Assembly (NCBI GenBank): GCA_963664815.2
Contig: CAXXHB010000003.1
Span: forward strand, 704,001-768,000
Source: Spirochaetota bacterium
GTDB taxonomy: Bacteria > Spirochaetota > UBA4802 > UBA5550
Direction: 5' to 3'
Length of the DNA stretch: 64,000 nucleotides
The translations under genes were made by a program, and so were the position numbers. The notes under the pieces are model-generated. The model saw nothing but the letters and a program-made list of their open reading frames with translations. It was not told the DNA's origin and searched no databases. Positions within the stretch are counted from its first letter, which is position 1, and each line of letters starts with the position of its first letter. Positions 28,585-40,894 of the stretch are shown piece by piece.

Positions 28585-28726
28585 AAAATTAATAAACAGA
28601 TACTGACACTTCAGCTTCGCATGTCACCGGCGTTTTTAACCATGGTTGGTGAATGGTTTAGAACCATGGTTTATCTGTTCAGTATCAAGCAGGAGACCGG
28701 GTGCGGCGCAGAATGCAGACAGATTC

Positions 28727-29650
28727 TCAGATCAGTGGTTCATTTACCTTAATATTATTTCTTATAATAAATTCATGGTAACCAGATATCTTTTTACCTG
28801 CAAAATTCATCTCCACTGCACTCACAGGGCAGTTGTTGATGCATCCAAGACATGCTATACATCTGCCTGTATCTGCAATTCCCTTTTCGGGATTAATGGC
28901 ATTTACCGGACAGGCCCTTCTGCATATTCCGCAGCCTGTGCATTTTTCCCTGTTTACCCTGTGACCGGTTATGAGCAGCTTTGTAAATCCGACAGACGGG
29001 CTGCCTTTAATCATATTTCTTATATCGAATTTCTTCAATAACTCTGAAGTTTCACCATGTTCAGCTTTTGACAGAACATCCCCGGCAAACTTTTCCGCAG
29101 CGCTGAATGTCCCTGCATCAGGTCTGCTGCTGTATTTAAGAAGATGTTCGGTACTCACAAATGGCCATGTAAGAGACCAGGAGAGCATACAGCTGAATCC
29201 GGCTGTACCTGCCGGAATACCCCCTTTTTCTTTCATGAGACCGGCAAGTTCACACACGGTATTATGCTGGTTGCCGCCATCCCCTCCGAATGTTACAAAG
29301 GCTGCAACAGGTATGCCGTCAATACGGTTTATGCCATTAATCCACTTTCTGAAGTTTTCAGGTACCTCATAGTAGTAGACAGGTGTACCGACAGCTATAA
29401 TGTCATACTTATCTATAGATTCACTGTTGATCTCCCTGTAATCTCCATAATTCACTTCAAGACCGGATTTTCTCCATGCTGCGGCTATGGCCAAACCTGT
29501 TCTTCTGGTGTTTCCTGTCTGACTGTACCAGACAACAAGCCCTCTGCGGATAATTTTATTTTTAATATCTGATCCTGACGGCCAGGGTTGTCCGCTGATA
29601 ATCCTCTCTGTTTTACCGGAATCTGTATTTTCAGCTGTTTTCTTTTTCAT
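28727..29650 (-). CDS. EFR1-type flavodoxin-ferredoxin fusion
   Basis: YSQTGNT and GTPVY flavodoxin motifs; CTGCGICRRACP and CIACLGCINNCP; start reassigned to ATG 29650. Confidence 0.85.
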   Translation of the reverse strand: MKKKTAENTDSGKTERIISGQPWPSGSDIKNKIIRRGLVVWYSQTGNTRRTGLAIAAAWRKSGLEVNYGDYREINSESIDKYDIIAVGTPVYYYEVPENFRKWINGINRIDGIPVAAFVTFGGDGGNQHNTVCELAGLMKEKGGIPAGTAGFSCMLSWSLTWPFVSTEHLLKYSSRPDAGTFSAAEKFAGDVLSKAEHGETSELLKKFDIRNMIKGSPSVGFTKLLITGHRVNREKCTGCGICRRACPVNAINPEKGIADTGRCIACLGCINNCPVSAVEMNFAGKKISGYHEFIIRNNIKVNEPLI

Positions 29651-29754
29651 ATATAACTTCCACAATTCGATATTCGTCAAATTGTGGAAGTTATACTGTT
29701 TAGTCAAATAAATAAAGAATAAAAAAGAGGGCAGGGTAAAGAGGGGATAAGGAT

Positions 29755-30633
29755 TTATCCATCTATCAGCGCATAGCCGCCGGAGAGTATCTTCGATCCG
29801 TTGTTTCCCGTTACATCGAAAAAGAGATCGCCCCCTCCGGTGCTCTGCACTTTCCACAACAGGTTTATGCAGATATCTTCAGGGGGAACAACCATCCCTG
29901 AGAACCTGCAGTACATCTCCCTGAGCCTGCGGGGATTGCCCTCTGCTTCAGCATTGACTATCTCGCGTGCAGCGAAGGCCATTGTTGCTGTTCCCTGAAG
30001 GATAATATCCGGCAGACCAACCATGCGGGCAAAAGCTGATGAGGTATGTATTGGAAAATGTATGCTGGTGCACCCGTCATAGATGTATGGCCGCATACGG
30101 TCAATCTGTATAATACTTTTACGGAAAACATCACCAGCATGGTCATTTCGCGGTACCTGTGGCATGTCACCGGTACCGCACCCTTCGCCTGTGCACTGCA
30201 CTCCCCGTAACATCCCTCCGATATGCTCGGTAAAAACCGGGTTCCCTGATCTATCCACGGCATCATGTTTTACGACTATTACAGTCCCGGCGCGGTGAGG
30301 CATAACCGCCGCAATACATCCCTTTATGGTCAGTTCATCACCGGGGCCTAAGGGCCTGTGAAAAGCAAGGTGCTCCGTGTAGTGTACTCTTGTATTAAGT
30401 ATATCTTTCGGGAAATCTGCATCTTCGATAAAATCGATTATATGCTCCTGAACAGGCCATGTTACTGCCGCTGCGAACATTGGGGGAGCAATTACACTCC
30501 TGTTTTCAGTGTCATCAAAGTAGGCGGGATTATCATCATTTACAGCTGAGGCATAATTCATGGTCGCGCGCGAAGTTATGGTAGTGCTGTAATCCTTCAG
30601 CTTTGTACCGGCAAATGACGAATCTATCTTCAT
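29755..30633 (-). CDS. MaoC-like double hot-dog dehydratase
   Basis: YASAVNDDNP and APPMF; HFPIH...GLPDIILQG; RFSGMV. Confidence 0.85.
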   Translation of the reverse strand: MKIDSSFAGTKLKDYSTTITSRATMNYASAVNDDNPAYFDDTENRSVIAPPMFAAAVTWPVQEHIIDFIEDADFPKDILNTRVHYTEHLAFHRPLGPGDELTIKGCIAAVMPHRAGTVIVVKHDAVDRSGNPVFTEHIGGMLRGVQCTGEGCGTGDMPQVPRNDHAGDVFRKSIIQIDRMRPYIYDGCTSIHFPIHTSSAFARMVGLPDIILQGTATMAFAAREIVNAEAEGNPRRLREMYCRFSGMVVPPEDICINLLWKVQSTGGGDLFFDVTGNNGSKILSGGYALIDG

Positions 30634-31052
30634 ATTAATCTCCTTCATTCCTCGATCCACTGCTTAATAGGCAGGACATGATCATTTTAAAATAAAATAA
30701 TCAATTCAATATAGTTTTTATTTTTTTATGAAAAGAGTGGATCAGATGTATATAACAGCTGTAAAACCGCTTTAATATCGGGTAAAATTCAACTGGGATA
30801 TACAGGCATTCAGCTACGTTCAGTACAGGTACTTCTATCAAAGAGAGTGAGCGGATTCGAACCGCAGTACAGGTAATACACATTAAATCCTCTGAATCAG
30901 AGTAATTCAGAGAGTGTGAGTGTTTAATCTGACGAGCTTCTTATATAAAAAAATGAAGCATAGCTGTTACTTTTATTTTTAATACACAAAAAAAGAGTTG
31001 AAAAACAATTTTGTTTCTATAAAATTCCCTAAAAAGGATAAAGGAGATACCA

Positions 31053-31970
31053 ATGTTTAAATTAAAAAGTTTTATTTTACTGCCGGTTTTTTTATTGGTT
31101 ACAGTTTTTTATGCAGGAAATGTCATGGCTGAGTCTTACCAGTATGAGGTTAATGGCACCTACATAAATGAAAAAACTGATAATACCAAGACGAACTCAT
31201 ACATGGCAGATGCTGTATTTAATTTCAAGGAAGTAAACCTGGACAAAGTGCCCTGGGAGGAAGCTGCGTTTTTACAGAAAGTTGGTTATGTTTCGATTAA
31301 TGGATTGCTTGCTGATTATAAAGACGATCGAAATACAGTAAAATTAGATTATAACAGATTCGGCATTGATTTCGGCTATGTGCTTCCCAAAGTTCCTTTT
31401 TTGGTAAAGTTATCTTATCAGAGGCTTAAGGATGACGGGTCATTTATGGATTCCGGAGTCAAATATGATCTTAAAGATACGAAAAATACATTTAGCGGGG
31501 AATTAGGCTATTATATTATTGATGGTCTTGACGTAGCCGCATCTTACGAAAAAAGAATAAAAGATGATAAAACTTCCATAAATAAGGACACAAAAACGGA
31601 TATCTATGGTGCGAATTTTAAATATGTTACAATGTTCAGCAATGAGATGGGGATAAATATAGCCGGTAGTTATAATTACCAGACAGATAAAAGCACTCAA
31701 CCGGGAAGAAATGATCTGAAAGAAAAAAATAAAATTTATAAAATAGAAGGCACTTTTTATGTTATTCCACAGATCGGTCTTGGCTGTGACGGTGAATTCA
31801 ACAGAGGTGATAATAAAGATGATGCAGGAAATACCTACTCTGCCTGGATTAAAGCATATATTATACCGAATATTGGTCTATCTGTCGGATATAGTATCTT
31901 CAAACCTGAAAACACCAGAGATGCAGAAGAAAAAAAGATGTTCATGGCGGCCCTTACCGGAAGAATCTGA
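31053..31970 (+). CDS. Putative outer-membrane beta-barrel/porin
   Basis: AAGGAG RBS, signal peptide, PWEEAAFL motif, alternating amphipathic strands. Confidence 0.7.
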   Translation: MFKLKSFILLPVFLLVTVFYAGNVMAESYQYEVNGTYINEKTDNTKTNSYMADAVFNFKEVNLDKVPWEEAAFLQKVGYVSINGLLADYKDDRNTVKLDYNRFGIDFGYVLPKVPFLVKLSYQRLKDDGSFMDSGVKYDLKDTKNTFSGELGYYIIDGLDVAASYEKRIKDDKTSINKDTKTDIYGANFKYVTMFSNEMGINIAGSYNYQTDKSTQPGRNDLKEKNKIYKIEGTFYVIPQIGLGCDGEFNRGDNKDDAGNTYSAWIKAYIIPNIGLSVGYSIFKPENTRDAEEKKMFMAALTGRI

Positions 31971-32665
31971 TATTCAACTCCTTCCATGGGTCTGAGGGGT
32001 TTTCTTCGAATCCCGGCACAGGGAGAAATGATGCAGACCCTATATCAATAACAGAAGAGAGAGTAAAAGATAACAGGGAAGCAGTGAGAGAAGTCACTGC
32101 TTCTGCTGAAAAGAATGATATTGACCATAGTGACGGAAAACAATATTTCCCCTCAATTCCCCAAACCAGGGGTGGATTTTGCAGTAACTTCAAGGATTAA
32201 CTCCAGCTTAAGCCGAAAAGCCCTGCAATGATTTCAGAAACTTCGCTTGATGTTACAATAATCCATGGCAAGTAACACTACACAATTAAATGTTCCATAA
32301 ACCTTTTCATCATGGCTCTCTGGGAAAACATATTAAATGGAAACCATAAAGATCTGATACAAATAAAAATATCAATGATGGCCTCAGATGTTTGATATAA
32401 GAATATTTATTATATATATTCTATAACTGTTAAAATATGTTCAGTTATTTATTTTAAAGAAGAGAAGATTAAAGAAATACAGATTAAAAACCGCCCTGAC
32501 TCAGGTTTTTTTAACCCTCTTCCGGAATTTACAGCAGTCAGACAGGGAATTCAGAAATTTTTTTAGTTTTTAAACAATTTCTGTGAAAAGCTGCAGGGTT
32601 GGTATAAATTAAATTGGATCAAGTATTAACTGATGAATTTATTCTAAAAATAACAGGAGAAAACA

Positions 32666-33916
32666 ATGAAGAAACTGATTATTCTTTGTCTTGCAGTTGC
32701 GGCACTGTCAACATCCGCAATCGCTCAGACACCAGACGCCACGGCGTTGACGTTCAACCCTTATCTTTCAGTAAGAATGTACGCAGGTGAGCATCATCAG
32801 AACCTCGCGGAAGGATCGACTTATGCAGACAATGAAGCGGATCTCGCTTACAGGCTCCAGGGAAATACAAGATTCGGGGCAAAGATGGCAGCTGAAGGCA
32901 TATCGGGTACAGTGGAGTTCGGGCTTGACGCTAATAACCTCAATACAAGCAACAGCGCTGATGCGTACCTGAGACTCGCTTTCGCCACCTGGTCATTGGG
33001 TGATTTCAAGGTGATGGCCGGGCAGAACTATACTCCATATACATGGGTTAATCCGTACGGTGATGTTGTAGATGACAATGGCATGGGTGGATTTGGCACA
33101 ACCTATGACGGGCGTCAGCCGGAAATAACTTTTTCCTACACGGGGCTCTATCTCTCCTTCATAAAACCGTCAACAACAACTACAGGAATCAAGGGGGGAA
33201 AAGCGACATATACGGCTTCAGGTACTGCGGCCAATACCGAAACTGATACAGTTAATGATACTACTGTATACATGCCCAAGACGGCGGCAGGATTTGATTT
33301 TAAAACAGAGGGTTTTACAGCAGGGCTTGGCGGAGCTGTAAACTGGTTTAAGATTAATGATCCTAAAGCAGGAAGCGACCTGAGCGGCTACCTTGATGGA
33401 AAGAAGATAATTTCATGGATAGGTTACTTTCATACGGAGGCATCAACAGGGATGTTTATAGTAAGGGCAAATGTCGCTTACGGACAGAATGCGGGAAACT
33501 TCGGAATAGTAACAATAACGACACCGAAAACAGGGAACGTTGACTCAATAGCCAACGATACAACACCCTCCGCCGGTTACAAAAGCACCAATTCAACAGC
33601 AAAGGCTGCATGCGCAGTCGACAACGGCAGTAAAATAGAAAACACAAAGCATTTTGAGGGGTATATTTCACCGGCAGTTAAAATCATCCCCGAACTTATG
33701 TTCGCGTGCGGTGTCGGGTATGAGCAGGAAAAAAATAAGACATACGTTAAGACCGACAAGCAGATAATGTATTTTGCCAATGCGAAGGTCTCACTCAATA
33801 AGTATTACTCGATTACACCAGAAGTTTCATACAGGGACTTCATGAAAGGGGCTGATGGCCTGGATCAGGGTACAGAGTGGTATGCAGGCGCTAAATTTCA
33901 GATGGATGTTCAGTAG
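32666..33916 (+). CDS. Putative porin-like outer-membrane protein
   Basis: Signal peptide (AIA), LQGNTRFG and LRLAFATW, amphipathic strands, terminal WYAGAKFQMDVQ. Confidence 0.7.
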   Translation: MKKLIILCLAVAALSTSAIAQTPDATALTFNPYLSVRMYAGEHHQNLAEGSTYADNEADLAYRLQGNTRFGAKMAAEGISGTVEFGLDANNLNTSNSADAYLRLAFATWSLGDFKVMAGQNYTPYTWVNPYGDVVDDNGMGGFGTTYDGRQPEITFSYTGLYLSFIKPSTTTTGIKGGKATYTASGTAANTETDTVNDTTVYMPKTAAGFDFKTEGFTAGLGGAVNWFKINDPKAGSDLSGYLDGKKIISWIGYFHTEASTGMFIVRANVAYGQNAGNFGIVTITTPKTGNVDSIANDTTPSAGYKSTNSTAKAACAVDNGSKIENTKHFEGYISPAVKIIPELMFACGVGYEQEKNKTYVKTDKQIMYFANAKVSLNKYYSITPEVSYRDFMKGADGLDQGTEWYAGAKFQMDVQ

Positions 33917-33934
33917 ATGTAATTAATCCCGATT

Positions 33935-33973
33935 CAGAAAGATGGACGCGATAAAAAAGCGTCACCTTTCTGG
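33935..33973 (+). terminator. Putative intrinsic terminator
   Basis: CAGAAAG-ATGGACGC...GCGTCAC-CTTTCTG stem followed by a T-rich run. Confidence 0.5.
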
Positions 33974-34276
33974 TTTAATGGTTTTAATCCGGAAAATAAA
34001 GATTGTGCATGAGTATAATGCTCATCGTGATCAAGGCTTTTTCCTGAAAACAGAAGTCATCTCGGTGATGATCAATGCGGCAGATTTAATAATCACGGGG
34101 GAGTTGTCGTAAATACAATTAAACAGGAAAGCTCCCTGACTTTCGTATTTTTTTACCATTTTTTAAAGATAAAATTTCTTCCCCTCTGAATATTATTACT
34201 ATTAATAATAACCCGGCTGCATTACGCTCCCTTAAACACTAATCATCCGGGTATAAATTCAGAGGGGAATACGTTT

Positions 34277-36211
34277 ATGATAAAGAAAGAATCAATTCTG
34301 AGTAATTCTGTTTTTACAGGCAGCCTCAAGAGAAAACTTTTCATGGCATCGGCATTGCTTGTGGCCGTGCCGTTGATATCTGTTATAATGCTGCTGAGCT
34401 ATACGCTGATGTATCAATCTGAAAAGGATTACGTTAACAGAATCACTGCCGAAATTACGCATGTCAGCGGAATGATAACAGTCTTTTTTGACGGGGTATA
34501 TGGTGATGTTAACTATGTGGGGAACCATCCCCTTATAAAGCGGGCTTTGAACGATAAAACAATCAATAACTATCTCAACAGTAATGCCGAAATTATGAAT
34601 TCCGAGGTAAAACGCAGCCCGCTTGAAAAAGAGATATTCGATCTTGAACTTATGATTACAAAATCGCTGCCGGAATACAACGGTGTGGTCTTCGCGAGTA
34701 AAACAGGGCAGTATGTAACCGACAATCTGAAGGTAAAATTAACAAAGGGATTTGATCCCAGGCCAAGACCAAACTATACTGCGGCCATGGAGGCAAAGGG
34801 TGAACCGACTGTGGCAAAACCCTTTCTTGCTGCCACGGGAGATTATATAGTCTTCGGAGCCAGGGCATTTAACGGAATTGACGGCACACTCTCATACATG
34901 GTATCGATTGCCCTTCAGCTTACCAGCCTTACAGAAAAGATCAGCAAAAGCCGCATTGGTGAATCTGGGTATATAGCCATTACCGACAGGGATGGCACAT
35001 TGATTACGCACCCCAGGAAGGAGTTTCTGGGGAAAAATATCTCTGAACTGAATGTCCCGGCGCTTACAGAGGGTGTAAAATCCGGCGATGCGGTAATCCG
35101 CTACACGCTGGACGGGATTGATAAAACTGCGAGGATTATGACAGTGCCGAAAATAGGGTGGAAAATAATAGGCGTGATAAATAAAAAAGAGATCACTTCA
35201 AGCGCGCGCGGAATTACATTGAAAATCATGATCATCGGGATAATATTTATCATAGCCGCAATCCTGCTCGCATGGTTCCTCTCAAAGAAAATCTCTGATC
35301 CTATAATAAGCGTTGTTGATGTACTCCGGGAGACCTCAGGAGGGGATTTTACAGTGAGCATTGACAGCAGATATGAGAAGAGCAATGACGAGATAGGATC
35401 GCTATCCCGGAGCTTTAATCAGTTTATTAAGACTATGAGCGAAACAATAGGGGAGATTATCTTCTCCACAGAAACCCTTGTGAAAACAATAGATGAAATC
35501 GCAAAGGGAAATGAAAATCTGTCACAGAGAACATCGGAGCAAGCATCATCAATAGAAGAGATAGCCGCCACTGTCGAGGAGGCAAACTCCGCCACCAGGC
35601 AGAGCGCCGACAGCGCTGCCGAAGCGAGCCGTTTTGTGAACACATCCGCGAAGATGGCAAATGAAGGGGGTGAGATAGTGGAACAGGCGGTTATTTCAAT
35701 TGAGGAGATAAACAGTTCCAGCCGGAAAATTTCGGAGATTATTACGATGATAAATGAGATCTCATTCCAGACAAACCTTCTTGCTCTCAACGCCGCTGTT
35801 GAAGCCGCCAGGGCGGGGGAGCAGGGACGCGGCTTTGCCGTAGTTGCCGGAGAGGTGCGCAACCTGGCTCAGAGATCGGCAGGAGCAGCAAAGGAGATTG
35901 AGAAGCTGATCCAGGACTCAACCGGAAAAATAAACGAAGGGACCGACCTCGTTAAAAAAAGCGGCGAATCACTCAGGGAGATAATCGGTTCCGTCAAGAA
36001 GGTGAGAGACATAGTCTCAGAAATAGCGGCTTCCAGCGAAGAGCAGAAAAACGGGATAGACCAGATTAATGCGGCCATTAATAACATGGACAGCATGACT
36101 CAGCAGAATGCGGCACTTGTAGAGGAGACAGCCTCTGCAAGCGAGCAGATGGCAGGCCAGGCATCTGATCTGCTCCGGAGAGTGAAGCAGTTTAAAATTA
36201 AAGATAATTAA
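34277..36211 (+). CDS. Methyl-accepting chemotaxis protein (dCache-HAMP-MA)
   Basis: Two TMs; [31 protein letters not shown]. Confidence 0.95.
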   Translation: MIKKESILSNSVFTGSLKRKLFMASALLVAVPLISVIMLLSYTLMYQSEKDYVNRITAEITHVSGMITVFFDGVYGDVNYVGNHPLIKRALNDKTINNYLNSNAEIMNSEVKRSPLEKEIFDLELMITKSLPEYNGVVFASKTGQYVTDNLKVKLTKGFDPRPRPNYTAAMEAKGEPTVAKPFLAATGDYIVFGARAFNGIDGTLSYMVSIALQLTSLTEKISKSRIGESGYIAITDRDGTLITHPRKEFLGKNISELNVPALTEGVKSGDAVIRYTLDGIDKTARIMTVPKIGWKIIGVINKKEITSSARGITLKIMIIGIIFIIAAILLAWFLSKKISDPIISVVDVLRETSGGDFTVSIDSRYEKSNDEIGSLSRSFNQFIKTMSETIGEIIFSTETLVKTIDEIAKGNENLSQRTSEQASSIEEIAATVEEANSATRQSADSAAEASRFVNTSAKMANEGGEIVEQAVISIEEINSSSRKISEIITMINEISFQTNLLALNAAVEAARAGEQGRGFAVVAGEVRNLAQRSAGAAKEIEKLIQDSTGKINEGTDLVKKSGESLREIIGSVKKVRDIVSEIAASSEEQKNGIDQINAAINNMDSMTQQNAALVEETASASEQMAGQASDLLRRVKQFKIKDN

Positions 36212-36322
36212 TGCTCTTTCCTGTAAAATTAGTGAAAAGAAAAAATTTATTCAGGCTTGATATATCCTTCAGGAATTGTTATTTTTATCCATCTGAAAAT
36301 ACCATTGCAGAGGCGGTTTCTT

Positions 36323-37870
36323 GTGCCTGAAAAAAGATCAAAACTGATTCTTATCCGGACAATTGCAGGATTGTTTGTATTGTTCTCGGGAATTTCAATG
36401 ATTATGAATTATCATTATATAATGAAAAGCGTAGCTGACGGATTGAATAAAGACAGTATTTCGGCAAACCTCCTTGGAAAGCTTTTAAGGGAACATGAAA
36501 GGGCATCAATAAATATCCTGAACTCATATGCCTCCAGGCCTCTTTTTATAGAAGCGGTAATGAAAAGGGACCTTCCGGGCGTAAGGTATCACATGAATGA
36601 TTTAAACCATAACAACGGTGAAATGGATCTCTCTTTCCTGACAGATGATAAAGGAAGGCTATGGGCAAATTACCCCGATTTTCCCGAAGCACTGGGGAGA
36701 GATCTCTCCGACCGTGACTGGTATAAAGGTGTAAGCAGATCCTGGAAACCTTATATCTCCAAAGTTTTTCAGCTTATAGTGAAGGATAGACCGCTTGCAG
36801 TTGCGCTCACTGTGCCGGTAAAAGACTGGGGAGGAAAGGTTATAGGTATTCTTGGGAACTCGCAGAGGCTGAGTTTCCTGGCGAGCATGCTCTCGGCTAT
36901 AAAGTCAAACCCTGCTGCATCATTCAGCGTAATAGACAGCGACGGGAATATACTCTACAGTAACATGTATTTATATATGGAAAAAATTACAGAGTATCCA
37001 TTCTATCCGGCTGTCCTGAAGGCTGCTGAGGATAAGAGATCACAGGTCGTTGTTCATTCTGTAAAGAAACTGACAGACAACAGGTACCTGACCATACAGC
37101 CTGTTGAAAATATTAACTGGACTATTGTAATAGAAAGATTATTCTCTGACAGCCTCATTACAGAATTCTATAATCTGATTCAGATAAATGTCATTCTGTT
37201 CCTTATTTTTCTGGTTATAACTGTATTCGTTATATATCAGAATTATCTGTATGAGAAAAATAAAATTCTGTATGAAAAGGAGATTATTCTGAAAGAGGTT
37301 CATCACAGGGTAAAAAACAACATGAATACAATTCTTGCTTTGCTTACGCTCCAGGCTGAAGCTCAGGAGGACACGGCTGTGAGCGGAGTACTGAATAATG
37401 CGGCCGGCAGCGTGCAGTGTATGATGCTGCTGTATGACAAGCTGTATCGTTCAGAAAACAGCGGCGTGATATCGCTAATGGAGTTTCTCCCTCAGCTGAC
37501 AGGTGAGATAGTAAGATTGTTCCCGGGGGCTGAATCGGTAAAGATTACAACTCAGATTGATGATATAATCCTTGGTGCTGAACTGGTATCAACACTTGGG
37601 ATTGTTATTAATGAACTTGTGACTAATGCAATGAAATATGCATATCCCGGGCGTAATGACATGACCATAACATTGACTGCTTCAAAAAGCGGCGGGCGTG
37701 TCAGAATTGTTTTTCAGGATGATGGTCCGGGTCTTCCGGAAGAAATTACATTTGAAAACTCATCAGGTTTCGGGATGCAGCTTGTTCATATGCTTGTACA
37801 ACAGATTAATGGATCAATTGCTGTTGAAAGAAACAATGGCACAAGGTTCATTATAGAATTTGAAGCATAG
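36323..37870 (+). CDS. Cache-domain sensor histidine kinase (HisKA_2 type)
   Basis: KEVHHRVKNNM, NELVTNAMKYA and DDGPG motifs; probable GTG start at 36323. Confidence 0.88.
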   Translation: MPEKRSKLILIRTIAGLFVLFSGISMIMNYHYIMKSVADGLNKDSISANLLGKLLREHERASINILNSYASRPLFIEAVMKRDLPGVRYHMNDLNHNNGEMDLSFLTDDKGRLWANYPDFPEALGRDLSDRDWYKGVSRSWKPYISKVFQLIVKDRPLAVALTVPVKDWGGKVIGILGNSQRLSFLASMLSAIKSNPAASFSVIDSDGNILYSNMYLYMEKITEYPFYPAVLKAAEDKRSQVVVHSVKKLTDNRYLTIQPVENINWTIVIERLFSDSLITEFYNLIQINVILFLIFLVITVFVIYQNYLYEKNKILYEKEIILKEVHHRVKNNMNTILALLTLQAEAQEDTAVSGVLNNAAGSVQCMMLLYDKLYRSENSGVISLMEFLPQLTGEIVRLFPGAESVKITTQIDDIILGAELVSTLGIVINELVTNAMKYAYPGRNDMTITLTASKSGGRVRIVFQDDGPGLPEEITFENSSGFGMQLVHMLVQQINGSIAVERNNGTRFIIEFEA

Positions 37871-37921
37871 ATTGTTGCCGGTAATGTATAAGAGAATTAT
37901 CGGCAACAATCTATGCTTCAA
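37860..37921. terminator. 21-bp perfect inverted repeat between convergent genes
   Basis: TTGAAGCATAGATTGTTGCCG-N20-CGGCAACAATCTATGCTTCAA. Confidence 0.7.
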
Positions 37922-37967
37922 TAATTAAAGAGCATATTGATAAACTGAATTTCCCGGATTAAAAAAG

Positions 37968-40007
37968 TCAGTCCTGTTCTTTATTGTTAAGTTTAAAAAT
38001 GTTGACTGTTTCCAGAAGACAGGAGGCGCTTTTCCTGTTATCATTTATCAATTCGGCCACTTTATTAACCTGATCCACAATTTTTACCAGATGTTCATTG
38101 ATGTATCCGGCTTCCATCGCACTGCTGCCGCTGGATTGGGCAATCTGATCAACTGACTGCACCACATGCGCGATCATTTTCTTTAGAGCTTCACTTCCCA
38201 GATTAAATTCATTCATAAGACTGGCGATGCTTTCCGCGTCGGCATTATACTGTTCTCCGGTCTCTACGAAATTCCTGTAATCCTGTGCTATATTCGTGTC
38301 AATAAAGTTTACCAGCTCACTTGAGCTTTCTACCAGATACTGAACTGATTCATATACCTGGCTGGTAATGGTCTGAATATCACTGGCGGTAACTGAAGAC
38401 TGCTCTGCCAGTTTTCTGACTTCTTCTGCAACGACGGCAAAACCAAGTCCAGCTTCACCGGCTCTTGCAGCTTCAATAGCTGCATTTAAGGCCAGCAGGT
38501 TGCTCTGTTCTGCAATACCGAGTATTTCACCTGTAAGCATATTTATTCTGTGGACAACCTGGGCCTCATCTACTGCTTTTGTCAGTTTATTACGGGTTTT
38601 TTCCAGCAGAGAGGCTGTATTGGCATTGGATTCAGTTGCTGTAGCCTTTAATTTAACCGCTCTTTGAAGCATCTCCCTGGCCTGAATAGCGCCGGATGCC
38701 GCATTATCACTGGATTTTTCCAGCATTCCGGAAATATCCCTGGAGGCTGCATTGAGCTCTTCGGTAGACGCGGCTGTCTCTTCCATGCCGGCTGATATCT
38801 GCTCTATCTTTAGCGATATCTCCTGCACGGAAACCTGAAGTTGTTCAAAACTGCTGCGTGCCTTGTCAGCGCTTTCCTCAACACTCTTACTTTCAGTCAA
38901 TACACCCTGTACAATACCCTGAAGGTTTGTTACCATGCCGGCTGAATTCCTGCTTAATTGACCTATCTCATCATTGGTGCTGAGGCTTTTTATATCAACC
39001 GCAAGATTACCTTTTGCTATTTCCATGGTAACCCGGCTTAAGTCTTTTAATGGCTCGGAAATCTTCTTCCCGAAAAATAAGGCCAGGGCCGGCACGATCA
39101 ATATAGCTGCAAGGATTGTAATGTAAACATACCATGATGTGGTTTTAACCGGTTTCATGTACAGATCAACTGTCGTGGCGCACCATATATACCAGCCCTG
39201 CCCTGAGTCTGCATTAAAGGTATATGGATTAAATGCCATCAGTTTGGGCACACCATTCAGGGTATAGAAAGCATGATCAGCCTTATTCAGCTTCATTCGT
39301 CCAAAAATTTTTTCCAGGCCATTGGTCTGTGTTTTATAGTCATAAGTAAGAATGTAACTCTTGTTGTCATGCGATATTACAAAACCGTCATTGGAAATAA
39401 TGCCGAAGATAAGTTCCTGGTGATACGGATCATGGCTGATGGTGGCACTTGTTAAAATTTCATAATCAATTGCGATAAGCACTCCTCCGATGATTCGTCC
39501 CTGATTATTATGTACAGGTGTGGAAAGAACAGTGACAGCTTTGCCGTTGGAAACTGTGCGGAATACCGGGCTGAGTATCTGCTTATCTGATCTGATCATC
39601 TGAGTAAAATAAGGTGTTTGAGTGAAATTTGAAAATGGAATAGTCTGTGCGCTGTCATAGACTACTGTACCATTCGCCCTGACCAGCAGAGAATCGGTCA
39701 ACAATCCTTTGCCATGATCAATAAGGTATTTAAGATTACTTTCCAGGATGGAATTTCTGCCCCCCCCCTCCAGGGATGAGATTATAACAGGCTGTCTGGA
39801 TGTAGTCTGCATCAACATTTGTAAAGTATTGATTTTCTCGCTCAATAAGATCGTGCGGTCATTGGCCAGACTGGCCATAGTATCAACCTGTTCGCTGTTT
39901 ATAGTATTAGAAAAACGATTAATGCTAAGAAAGCCGATAAATCCAACCGGCACCAGGGCCAACAGTATAGAAAATATTACAATTTTTATAAATAATTTGT
40001 TTAACAT
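37968..40007 (-). CDS. Methyl-accepting chemotaxis protein
   Basis: Two TMs, [38 protein letters not shown]. Confidence 0.95.
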   Translation of the reverse strand: MLNKLFIKIVIFSILLALVPVGFIGFLSINRFSNTINSEQVDTMASLANDRTILLSEKINTLQMLMQTTSRQPVIISSLEGGGRNSILESNLKYLIDHGKGLLTDSLLVRANGTVVYDSAQTIPFSNFTQTPYFTQMIRSDKQILSPVFRTVSNGKAVTVLSTPVHNNQGRIIGGVLIAIDYEILTSATISHDPYHQELIFGIISNDGFVISHDNKSYILTYDYKTQTNGLEKIFGRMKLNKADHAFYTLNGVPKLMAFNPYTFNADSGQGWYIWCATTVDLYMKPVKTTSWYVYITILAAILIVPALALFFGKKISEPLKDLSRVTMEIAKGNLAVDIKSLSTNDEIGQLSRNSAGMVTNLQGIVQGVLTESKSVEESADKARSSFEQLQVSVQEISLKIEQISAGMEETAASTEELNAASRDISGMLEKSSDNAASGAIQAREMLQRAVKLKATATESNANTASLLEKTRNKLTKAVDEAQVVHRINMLTGEILGIAEQSNLLALNAAIEAARAGEAGLGFAVVAEEVRKLAEQSSVTASDIQTITSQVYESVQYLVESSSELVNFIDTNIAQDYRNFVETGEQYNADAESIASLMNEFNLGSEALKKMIAHVVQSVDQIAQSSGSSAMEAGYINEHLVKIVDQVNKVAELINDNRKSASCLLETVNIFKLNNKEQD

Positions 40008-40894
40008 TTATTCCTCTTTTTCTGTAATGCTGCTATGTTATTTACTGAATATTTTTTATTGGCTGATTGAGGTGTGAAAAAATATTCACGATACAAACCA
40101 ATCTGTTTAAATACCAGGCTATTGTTAGCCTCCGTCATATATTTTATTAAGGTGGATTAAGATTTTGCTGCTGATATTTCCTGCAGTTTTATAGATTTTA
40201 TGACATCCAAAAACAACAAAGAACTCTCATGATATTATAATGCAGAAATTGTACCATGCTGTATCCTTATTTTAAAAAATCATTTCTTCTGTGAATTTAC
40301 GTAAAACCGAACAAGAGAGGGATTTACCAATGTAGTTAAACTAATATACTAACAAAAAAATGTACAAAATTAAAGTTGTTCCCAAAAATATTCTTTCTGA
40401 AAAGTATAGATAATTTGTGATAAAAAAGAATTTAAATATATAAGTAATAACTGTCCAATTATCTGACACAATAAACAGGAAATACGTCAGATTTTTGACG
40501 TCTTAATTGTGACGGCTGTTCATTGGAGCGTGTTTATTAAACAAAGAGTTTAATGGTAATTTGATATACAGAAGAAGCATATATTTAAAAAGCAGATTTG
40601 TCTTTATCGGAAAATCACTTATTTATAATGAAGATAATGAGGTGGGTACAATCTGATGGACTTCGGATAAGCTTTTTGCTGATGAGTTCAGAAAATGCCA
40701 AAATTATGCAGCGATTACATGATTAAATGATTGGCGGGATTACCTGCGAATACTTTTCCAGTACACGGATATGCTCCGGGTTGAACATCAACTGAATCTG
40801 ATGCAATATCAGGACAGATTTATGACAAATATCACAATTTGTTTACAGAGTACTCAATTTCGCTTCAATTACGCCTCAAACACCTTACTGACAG

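Noticed and set aside
31954-32400. Short minus-strand ORF (79 aa) and possible gene remnant
   Set aside because: No RBS or motif, and it overlaps the porin stop; not supportable.
33920-34276. Possible c-di-GMP riboswitch upstream of the MCP gene (GAAAG...GGACGC)
   Set aside because: It lacks the GGCAAA and GCAAA elements and is explained by the porin terminator.
40560-40890. Frame with two TGAs (NEDNEVGTI*WTSDKLF...AIT*LNDW)
   Set aside because: No start or RBS, no recognisable family and no SECIS; at most a decayed gene.
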